From Klebsormidium nitens (taxonomy: Eukaryota; Plantae; Klebsormidiophyceae), in contig DF237131.1 of assembly GCA_000708835.1 (NCBI GenBank), positions 26,882-90,881 on the forward strand: DNA of 64,000 nt, given 5' to 3'. Positions 48,058 through 58,800 of this stretch are shown here, piece by piece (the first letter of the stretch is position 1; each line of letters opens with the position of its first letter). The position numbers and the translations under genes were made by a program. The notes below the pieces were generated by a model that was given only the letters and a program-made list of their open reading frames with translations, searched no databases and had not been told where the DNA came from.

Positions 48058-51000
48058 TCAACTCACCCGGTCAGCTCGAACCAACCTGGGTCTGATAAAC
48101 ATCTACATCGCGTGCTTCGTCTTCTAATGTTCAACACGTGCGCTCCGGATCGCGTACTTTATTTCTGTTTACAACTTTCAGACCCAACTTCGCTGCGAGG
48201 CCCTTTGCGCCCCCCCACTTCTCGAGGGCCCGGGCAATGTCGAACCGCCCTATGAGAAGGGAGAGTGACGTCAGCAAGCCCACAACGCGTAGAGTCCTGA
48301 CCAGGAATGACCATGTACCGTTTCCTTACTTTAACAGAGTCCAAGACGAGCGGTGTATTCCAAGGCAAGACCGAAAAGCCATCCACTTTCCCCGTGTGGA
48401 GGAAAAGGATGCTGACATGCATTCTGACTCAAGCGCAACGGCTGCAAACTTTCAACCTAACAGTCAGGAGGCAAAAGCGTGCCTCTCTGCGAAAAGCTGA
48501 ATCGACTCGTACCTGCTCTTTCAAGCATCCGGCGCGAAGGCATCACGCCCCGGTCTACTCCGATGACGGGCTGGAGGGCCTTGATCTGCAGCGCAAAGCA
48601 TCGGGGCAAAAGGGATTGAGCTTCTACTTGGGTCACTCGATGCCCTCGCAAAGACCATCTGAGAGAAGACCTGGAGCCAATATGCATAGATATCCCTTTC
48701 TTTTATTTTCCTTCTTTCGCCAGGTCCTAAAAGATATCGCTGGCTTCTGCCGGTGTTGACTTGCAGGACCTTTTCTTCTGAACCGCCTGTATTCCCGGTT
48801 TTGAGCTCTCGATCCCCAGAACCTTCAAACCCCAACGACCTAGTAAGTCGATCCTTACCTCTCGCTCGGTATTGGCCAGGTCGCACCAGTACCCCGCTGG
48901 CTCTACTAACGCTGGACTGCATACCCAGTATCCTGGAACCAATAAAGTTACTGAACCCTCGCTACTCTTACAACCGCACACCCTCAATCCTCGGGACACT
49001 TTCAACTCAATCCTCACCTCTCGCTCAATGTTCGCCAGATCGCACCAGTACCCCGCTGGTTTCTGCTGATGCTGAATCTCCAGCCCCAGTCGTGCCGCGA
49101 CAATTGCAGGGCCGCCGTGCAAGCGCATTCCTTTTTCCAGGTCCGCCCGCTTCGAGCCCCGCAACTGCGACCTCGTCGGCATAACCCCCATAACCCCGTG
49201 GCGCAAGATAAACTCTTCGAGCGCCGCCGTCAAAGCGCCAAAATCCGCAAAGTCTGGCCGGCTAAGAGGACGCATATTGCGGGACTCGGTATCCGGCAGA
49301 ATGCTGGCTTTTGGTCTTGCCCTCCGCAGGGGAAAACCCGCGCTCGCTTTCTGCACCGGGTTAGCCCTAACCCTCCTCAGTTGCTTGGCCTGCGGGGCGC
49401 GTTTCACTTTCGTATCGAAAAGCGTTCCGGGAGGAGCGACCGGTAGATGACGGAGCGTCTTTTTCCGAGGGGAACTTTCCGACACCTGGGCGACGTCTGT
49501 GGCTAAGGTGGGGGTCCGGCTGCCCCAGCTTCGACCCCCCCTCGGAGGGGCGCTCGCTCCGGGGGTGTCATCGTTGCTGCTGCGGAAGGAGGGGTCCGAG
49601 TAGATGGACTTTAGCGACTCGACGCGCTTCCGGATCGCGCAAAGGTTGGCGGGCAGGTCTTCATAGATCACCTGCGAGTGCGTGCCGTCAATGTTAGATG
49701 TTGGAGCAACTATTTATTTCGCCCAGTCTGTCACGTGAAAAAAGGTCAGAAATAGGCACAGCGCGTCAATTTGCGCTACGACTTCTTTAATCTACCACAC
49801 CGCATTCCATAGTCTGATTCCGCAACCCCCCCGAGTCAATATCCCAAACCCACCTCTTCAATCTGCGCCTCCGCAAGCATCGAGTCCTCGTGCATGTGCA
49901 TATCCGCCACACAGCTGCAATCGCTCCGAGACTTGGAGAATCGGAGACTTCCTTAACCTCGAGATTCGGAACACCTGCGACTCAGAGTCTGCGAAACTCC
50001 CAAATCGTCGAAACATTAGAAACTCACCTCTTCAATCAGCGCCTCCGGCAGCAGGGAGTTCTTGCGCACGCGCGTCTCGACCAGATTCTTTGAGATCGCC
50101 CTGGGACTGAGAGTATTCCAAGCCTAACCCTTCCACCTGCACCCCGGTGGTCCTGCCAAACCCCCATCTAATACAAAACTCAAACCCACCTCTTCGACCA
50201 GCGCCTCTGGGAGCAGCGAGTTCTTGCGCACGCGCGTCTCCACCAAACACTTTGCAACCGCTCAAAGACTCAGAGACTTCCAATCCTAACCCGTCCACCT
50301 GCATCCCAATCAACAATCCCAAAGGCCCATCTTAACAAACCTCAAACCCACCTCTTCAACCAGCGCCTCTGGGAGCAGCGAGTTCTTGCGCACGCGCGTC
50401 TCCACCACGTACTTGAGCATCGTGTGCCCCGGCCCCAGCGGCTCCAGGAGCCACCGCCCCTCGAACGTATCGAAATCGCCGTCGATCTGCTTGAAGTGGA
50501 TCTCCTTGTACGGCCGTTCGACGATGTCCATCGTCGCCTGCGCGTGCAGCACCATGTAGCAGAGGCACTTCACACCGACCTGGTGTAACCGCACCCGGCG
50601 CTCATCGGGGTGACGCGAGCGGACGTCACTGCGGGCCAAGTTGGGGATGAAGCTGCAGAAAGATCAAGAAATCGTCAAGATCCGCAAGAGCGGTCAGTGA
50701 TGAATATTGGGGGTGACGTAAAGTGATTCCCGCTTCGGGCCAGATTGGGGTGAGTCTGCCGAGTGGCAATGGATTGCTTTTCTGTGGTCAACATGAGTGT
50801 GAATGACTCCAGGTGCAAATTTTTATAGACCCGGAAAAAGATGGACCAGCTGACAAGACACCGAATGTGGGGCCAAATTTTCAGTGTAATGGAGGCACAA
50901 AGGGCCGCCGATTGAAGCAGGAGACCTATGGGGCATCCCATACCCTTTGGTCAGCAGTGACAATAACCTCTTTCTCCAAGCGGACGGAACTCTACGTTTT

Positions 51001-54000
51001 GCACGGAGATTTTCAACCAGATGCACTCATTACGAACGAATGCGAAGTTCCATTTTCATGCAATTTGTGACAATCTGAAGCGGGATGCAAAGTAGAGCTT
51101 GTGGACCTATGGAAAGAAAGCGCGAATACTCCGGACGGACCAAGAGCAAACGATATTAACGCTTTGGACCTCTTCGCTAGCATTCTTGGCTTCATATCCA
51201 GTCGATAAAGCGGTCTTACTTTTTCAAAACAGCAGGCCCGAAGAAGCCTCTTCGAGTACACTTCGCGGAGATCCTCTTCGGGAATGAGGGCTCACTCTTT
51301 CAGCCGTTCGTAGTCCGTCAGAACGTCCCACACCGCCTCCACCGTCGCAGCTATGGTGATGGCCGCAACCACACGACGATGGACTCCGCCCCTTTCCTGC
51401 ATCGACGGAGGAGCGAGAATGCGATCCGCAATCCTTCGGGTAACTTTCCCTCCGCTTCTATCTCTTTCTACACACACGAGTGGCCTCTTCTTTTGATAAG
51501 GAATGGTGTGCACACGCCAGCTAGAAACTTTTGAGGCATCAGCAGAACACGTGGGAGGAAGCAACAAGGGTGAAGCGAAAGAAAGTAGAACGGGAATCAG
51601 GGAGGAACTAGCGAGTGCCAGAGTCAAAGCGAGAAGGCAGCAGCGGAACAAGTGGAAGTCGGACTCCAGAGACACAAGAAGAAGAAGCGAAGAAAACCAG
51701 AGAAGGACGGATGGAGGATACCAGCAAACGGGCCAATTTTGAAGGGGAGCCAAAGGGGCCGGAGGTACGTACCAGGAGGTCGTCCAACCGTCGCAGGTGC
51801 ACTTCGTCCACCCTCTGCTTGAAGCCCGCCCTGATGTCCCGGTCCTCAGGGGGGATCACCGTGCACTCTGCCGGGAAATACGGAGCATCGACCAGCTGGA
51901 AGTTGGACTCGGTGACTGGATCGCGAACGGTGTCAGGGCGCTCCGTTTTACGCCCCCGTTCTCGTTCCTCCTCCCAGCGGACCGTCTTCGTTGCTGTGTA
52001 CCCGGGTTTAGGGACGGGTTCCTTGGTGATGTTTTCGACGGCTGACCGAAGTTCCGATTCTGAATGCGCGTCCGGAGAGCGCCGTGACTCCTGTGCCGAG
52101 AACTCGTTTGTCGGTCCTTTTGCCTCCGGATGAACCTCCTTTTCCTGCAAACCGTTGACCCGCTTTCTTGGAGTGCCGTTTCCGGCACCGTTCTTAGGAG
52201 GACTTGTGACTGCCGTTACCCCACTGCTCGTCGGTTGCCCGTTCGAGCCACTTTCTCCATTCAGTCCGTTTTTTCCATTTGACCCGTTACTAATTTCCAG
52301 TGCGGACCCTCCCCCCTCCACTCCCGTCGTCAAATCGTTTCCTCTTCGATCCTCGTCTTCTTCCGACTCGGTCTTGGTGGCACTCTCACAGGCTGGGCCA
52401 ATTAACCCCGGGTTAGGAGGCTGACCGGGCCCTGACCACCAGCTAACCTCCAGATCTAACCCTGCCCCCGCCCCTGTGGCGACCGTGACTACAGATGGCG
52501 GCAGTGCAGTCGACGACCCGTTCCCGTTCTCGATTTCTAAGTCCAAAATCGGCGCAGCACCCTCTGCTGACGTCAGAGATGGTGCAGTAGATGACGTCAT
52601 TAAAGCCTGTGCGCGGTTGGCAATGGCGCGAAGGTTCCGGGGGAGGTCCGCCTGAATGATGCGCTCGACAAAAGCGGTCGGGAGGATCGCCCGGGGCAGG
52701 ACGTCGACTTCGTAATGCAAGGTCACATGGCCGTGCCTGAGAAGAGGATTTTTTGTTCAAAGTTCTCGACAAGAATCTACAGCGGGTATCGCTGGAGGAG
52801 CGGTTTGAACGGCATGACGGCTAGGGGTATGGTGGAGAAGGAGATTCTCAACCTCGTAGAAACATGGCCTTTAGAAAACTCAGGTATTGGCTTCTATACC
52901 TAGGTGTTTCGTAATCCGGAAACGTGTCAAACTTGTTTGATACAAGCTCAGACAAAAAATGCAACCTTGCTTAGGTGCTTCAACCACCCAGGGCGCTCCA
53001 TACCAACGAGGTCCAACGCTCATGCTTTTAAAACGACCGAGTCAACTCTGACCAAGTGTCCGACGACTTGAATGCCTCACCTGTTTGACTCTCGCAGCGC
53101 CCACTTCCCGGCAAAAAGCTTGAAGTCTCCCTCCACCATCGAGAAGTGCAGCTCCGGCCCCCCAGGCTGCAAACGAAGACCAACCTTGTCAAATTCGTAC
53201 CAGCAACGTGGCCCTCTGCAAGCGTTGACGAGCTAAAAGAATCAAGTGAGAAACCCTGGCCACCTAATGTCTAAGCCTAGTCCTGCGACATGGCATTGAA
53301 ACGTTATGAGGTCGCCCCGTACACCCTTTCAGGCGAAACCGAGTGACGTCAAAGGAAGACAAATCACAGGCAGGAAAGTATTTACAGAAACATCGTAATC
53401 ACTTCGAAGCTTCCATCTTCATGTCCTTCAGGCGCACAGCAGAGGTTGTCTCTGCGAAAAGGGAGAAGATGCATCATGCACCAGAATAAGTAAGAGCAAC
53501 ACCAGAAAAAGTAAGATCAACACCTAACCCAGAAATCGGACGAGACACCTGCTCCTTCAAATTCAAGCAGTGGCCATTGTCCTGTCCATTTTTCCTATTT
53601 CCCCTTCAATGACAAAGTCCTAGGACAGGGAGGAACCTGCTCTGAGCCCCTGGTTATGTAAGCAACAGCTCTGATATAACTCACCGCTGCAAACTTTTCC
53701 TCCAGATCGAGCACCACACGCGCTTCAATCTGCCAGTACATGGAGGACTGGACGCCTAGCTGGAGCAGCCAGATGCGGCCCCGCGTCGGACAAGGGATGC
53801 GCTCACTGCACGATGGTTTACCAGAGAGCTGATGTCAGAGCTGATGTCATCTTGAGTTGACTGGACTTGTTCCAGCCCCTCCAAGGAGCATTTAAGTTGC
53901 TAGAAGCCTGGGAGATTTAAAAGCTGCCTAGTTAGAGCCCAGGAAAGTGCTCATACGCTTTGTGTGTATTGCTTGGGAAAGCATCAGCGACTTATAGGAG

Positions 54001-54891
54001 TTTGAGGGATTACAGGAGTGTGAGGGAGTCTCTCTGTCTGATACAGCAGGAACAAACTCAACGCGCACTGTATTCCCCAAGCTCAGCCAGATTGCGAAAC
54101 GATTCACAACTCAGAAAAACAAGATACTCCTGATAACATTCAAGAGAATCCGCGAAAGTATCCCCTTGGAAACAACCACCCTAAACCCCGGGCTCACGTA
54201 CTGGCAGTTTTGGAATTCCAGACACCAACACTGACCAAAGCAGGACTGGTAATTTGAAGTAGAACCCCATCAAATCTCTCTACCTTTTGGCCAGGTTCGG
54301 AATGAACTCCGCCAGCCTCTCATAGTCCGTCAGCACGCGCCAGACTCTCTCTGCACTCGCCGCCACCTCAACGCTTGCAGAGATATGCCGCTTGCGCCAC
54401 GCAACCGTCTCGATCTTGCACTCCACCCGCTGCGCTTCCGCTGCCCCTTCGGGGAATATGCTTTCAAGGACAGTCTCAGTGAGGTTATGATCGGAGGAAG
54501 TATGGGGCCCCACCCATTTCAACGTGACGCCGGTCTGCTTCTTGGGGTAGGTCTGGGCCTTGTCTGTTGAGGCAGCGGCGATTCTTATGTTTCTTCGAGC
54601 ATGAGTTCTGGTTCCAACATAAGGAGAGGCATGAGGGAAATGACGTCCCAGAAACGAAGAAGAGAAGGGCGTGGAGCCAGCTTTGCATGGTCGCTCGCAG
54701 CATTCCAAGTGTGTTGTATCTTTCGGACGCGTGTCGTAGTGAGGTTTGTCACGCTCAAAGGGCCTCCAAATAAAAGAGGCAGCTGCCCCTTTTGGAGGCC
54801 TTCCTACACTGGCATTAGACGACGTTATATTGGTTTGGATAAGGCCGTAAAAAGGAACAGAACGTGGCAGCCTGTCTAAAGCACCTGCCAT
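48058..54891 (-). CDS. Double polyketide-cyclase/START-like domain protein with C-terminal repeats, resembling Arabidopsis At5g08720-type proteins (exons 54891-54284, 53805-53685, 53166-53081, 52736-51773, 51396-51296, 50652-50352, 49671-49018, 48585-48513, 48249-48058)
   Basis: Two copies of the W.VLTDYERL.EFIPNLA...GDF..F.G.W...L.Y.V...NL.AI pattern. C-terminal MPTRSQL..KPAGYW.DL.N.ERE..MPSRR..ERAGRFDIARALEKWGG. All phases are consistent. The last codons are uncertain. Confidence 0.88.
49845..50245 (-). repeat. Three echoes of the cyclase exon-6 3' end plus donor, in the following intron
   Basis: Copies at 50243-50190 (1 difference), 50081-50028 (5 differences) and ~49885-49850 (degenerate). 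Each ends GAAGAG|gt. Confidence 0.9.
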
Positions 54892-55307
54892 TTGAAACCA
54901 GCAAGATTCTCATAAGTACCTCACAATTGGTGCAATATTGAAGAATTCAGTCACCTTAGCGCAACAACCTTATCTTCGAGCTAGCCTTGCCCCAAACCTT
55001 TTCTTCCACTTCCCCGGTGATGAGTTCTGTATGCAGTACAGCGTTTCTCCTGAAAGTTTATAAAGATGCCACGCCTTCCTTGCTGCGGAGCGCTCCCCAT
55101 GCAGAAGCTGAAGTACCTAGCTGATGCTCAGGCTTCTGGAAGGTAGAAAGAGCAGGTCAGCCTGTTTTATGTAGCGACCCGACGCCAACCCCAAGCTAGG
55201 CGTTACAGTTTGATGTGGAGACGTACAGGGCACCGTAGAGATTGGTTATCCAGAAAACAGTACGTAACGCTGGCCGTCGTTTAAGCTAACCATGGAGGGG
55301 TTTCTTA

Positions 55308-55671
55308 GGGTCTATACACACAGAGCGGGTGTTCTTTTTGGCAAATCGCCGAGAACTCAAGGTGCTGTTTTGCCCAAATTCCCCCTGCAACTCAACGTCG
55401 TGCCGGGGGGTAGCTTCCGCACGCAAAATTGCCCCGTACACGGTCTGATCGCAACAACACCCGGTGTTCGGAGTCCGGACCGTCACCAGGCTTTTTTCGG
55501 GGTGGCCGATTGGAACACCTCGGTGTTGTTGCTGACGTATGACCGTACGAGTCGGCGAAATGGAAACAACACCCCGCGATCGGCACGGTGCTTTTTGGGC
55601 GACGGCAGCACCGCGATTCCTGCTGTACCGTCGCTCGTAAAAACGAACACCCTCTCTGTGTGTATAGACCC
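55308..55671. mobile_element. Tourist-like (PIF/Harbinger) MITE, 364 bp
   Basis: ~32-bp TIRs GGGTCTATACACACAGAG[C/A]GGGTGTTC[T/G]TTTT at both ends, flanked by TTA on each side (55305-55307, 55672-55674). No coding capacity. Confidence 0.85.
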
Positions 55672-55849
55672 TTATAGACCTTCTACCTTCGAAGTAATAA
55701 ATAGCTAGAACTTGAATTGACAATGCCATTGGGAAGAAAGGAGGCGCCTCTCCAGTAAAAACCTGAGCCTCCGGCCTGAGGCTGGAAGAAGAAAGTTTGG
55801 GCATTGACAAAGCGTAAAGAGGGCAGCACATTGCGTTGCTCCCAGGCAC

Positions 55850-58800
55850 ATGTCCAATGCCATGGCTTTGCTCGACTGCAAACCGGGCGTCAGAAGCAAT
55901 CTTCGCCATTGGCAACCAGCCGCTCAAAGAACAAACCCCCTTCTTGGACAGGAGGTTTCGCTGGTAGCAGGATGCAGAAACTCAGTTGTGAGTCCCTTAA
56001 GGCATTGGATTGGTGCTAGTCGTAGAGCGCCTTTGCTGAGTGCCGGTTTTGAATGTGGAGCGAATGGGGCCTGGAAAAGGCATTCAGGAGGAGCAAAGAA
56101 GGTGGGGGCGAGGGGGGCTCGGTTGGACTTGGACTGCTTCTCAAAAAGTGGTGGTACAGTAGAGAAGGTTGCCTCCAGTTGTGGGAGGCCACATTCGAAA
56201 GGCAAACCCTTTCAACTCTCTAGAAATAAAACGCGGGCAGAGGTGTTGAACGCTTCCACCGGCGGCCAAAGCGGCGTTGAGTTTGCTTCGCAAAGCGTTG
56301 GGCCGCAGGCAGCCAGCACTGAGTCTGAGTATGAGGAAGCCGAGTATGCTGTGGGGCGAACGGGAGGCGCTGAGGAGAGCCAGCCGGTGGCAAGCACTAG
56401 CGGCCGAGGCGAAACTATTCTTCCTTCAGGAGCGGAATCAAAGAGTGGCCGGAGAGCCAGAGGTAATGCGTCGCGCCAGTTCAGATATGATGGGGGTGAA
56501 CGGACACGAGCAAGATGGGACTTGAATATGATTGAAACAGAGAGTCCGGAGGCAAAAGAGCAAAAGAGAGCGAGAGCAGAAGTGCTTGGAGGGTCAGAGG
56601 AGAACGGGCGTCAAAAGCCAGCGCTTGGGGCGCGTTTTGACACAGAAACCAATGGCGGGACGCATTTGGGTGCGGTTTCTGGTAATGGTGTCGGAACTGA
56701 GGGTTCAGAGGCGCGCGAAGGGGGCCCGAAAGAAGCGCAGATGCACACGGACGAAAGCGCCGATGCTAATTTGGAAGAGAGGCGCACCCGGAGAGGGGGC
56801 CTGCTGGAACGGGGTGGGAATGCAGATTTCGCGCCCAGCTTGCAGAGCCTTCTGTTGACTTTGAAAAGTGCGAACAACTCTCCCCCGCCCCCAAGCGCCT
56901 CCGCCTCTTTCCCGGGCCAGAAAGACGACCCCCGCGAGTGGCGGCGGCCGCTCCCACCGTCAGACGCCCCCGAAACTGCCCCCCCAAAACGAAACCGGCG
57001 GCGCAGCAAGGCGCGCCAATTGGAGCCGCACCTAGTTACGCAGGTGGTGGAGGAACTGAAGCGGGAGCCGCAGTGGGGCAACATCGCAGGGATTCTTGAC
57101 AAGTGGGAGGGGAGAACTAGTCTGAGGAACTACGAGCTGCTGATGAAGGAGCTGTGCTGGCAGGGGGACTACCTGCGCAGCGTCAAGGCGTTTGCGTGGA
57201 TGAAGGAGCAGCGCAAGTGGTACCGCCCCAGGTCAGGCTGCTGCTTTCATTCTACGAAGGTGCTCTGGGGTGTATGAGGTTGGGTCAGCTCCCAGCTTGT
57301 CATGCGACTTTGCTGGATGTCAAGGTCTCCCGACAAGATTGTGATGAGCTGGGCATAGCCTTCATTGCTGCCGTGTGCACTGTAGGACCTTGTTTCGAGC
57401 AGAAATCGACAGCTGCTCCGAACAAGTGCACTGCGATCATGCGGTCTGGAGCTTAGAAATCATGGAATTCTATTCAAAGAACTTGTACAGTACTTCGGAA
57501 TTTACGGATGCAACTAATTTGTAAGCGTTTGGCAAGATGAATAAAAACCTGTTTTCTGCATCGCAGGGTCGAGATCTACAACCACCTCCTGCAAATGCTC
57601 TCACGCTACGGCAAGCTGGACTTCATCCGGGGCCTCTTCAAAGAGATGGACCTCTACAGCGTCATGCCGAACAGCGAGTCCTGGCAAGCGCTGATCTCAG
57701 CACATGGGAAAGCGGGTTCCACAGAGGGGGCGGTCTGGGCATTTGAGGAGATGCAGCGGCGGGGCGTGCCGGCAAACAACTGGTCGTACAACTGTCTGCT
57801 GTCGGCGTTTGCCCACGGGCGGGAGTGGCAGCGGGCGCTCGAGTACCTGGACAAGTGAGGCTTTTCAAGCTGTTTCCTTATGAGGGACGAGTGGAAAGAA
57901 GCATGGCCGTTTTTTTGCCTGAGATTGGCCGTCTGGGAGCTGCGTGTTTTGGTTTTCGTTGGCACTGGAATCTAAAGCACAGCAGAAGGTTTGCCAGGTG
58001 TGATGGCTCAGACAGGGGTGACCCTGTGCTCTGAAGAAGCCACCGTGTCATCCATCTTGTGGCAGCCTGTTGGAAGATTGGTGCCGTCTAGTTCCGTTTT
58101 CTGTTGGAAGCAAAGCGTCAGGAAAGCACTGAAAAGCAGAAGAGTCGCTTTACTTAGCACCCAAAGAATCTTGGAACACCAGATTGCAGACAGCAAGCCA
58201 GATCCAGCGATTCCTCTCTTTCGCCAGCTTACACAAGGATGGCAGCAGCTTATCAGCAATATCATAAGCTCTTACACCAACGATCTCTTTCCCCCACCCC
58301 TGGATGCCGGGATCTGAATTCCTGGTAAACGGGGAATGATGCACGAGGCTGCCCCGCTACCTCTCTTTCCTCTGTTCGCCACACCAGAGAAACCGACTCT
58401 AGAAGGGAAGGGCTGGAGAATATTGCAAACGTTTCGAGTCATTGAATGCCCTTTGTTTTGCCCAGTTCCGCTCCAGAATGCAAGCGGACGGCGACTCCCC
58501 TGACCGCATCACCTTGTACACGGTCCTCTCGCCGCGCTGCAAATGACTTGAATCATGCAATTGACCATCATTCCGTCCGTTTCGTTCCGCTTCAGGATGC
58601 AAGCGGACGGCATCTCTCCCGACCGCGTCACCTTTAATACGGTCCTCTCCGCGTGCCGCAACGGCGGCCAGTTCGAGCGGGCGATTGACATCTTCGAGTC
58701 CCTCCCCAAGCTCGGCATCTGCCCAAACCGCGTCACGTGCAACACCATGATCACGGTCTACTCCCGCATCGGCCACTTCGAGAAAGTGACGGCGCTGTTC

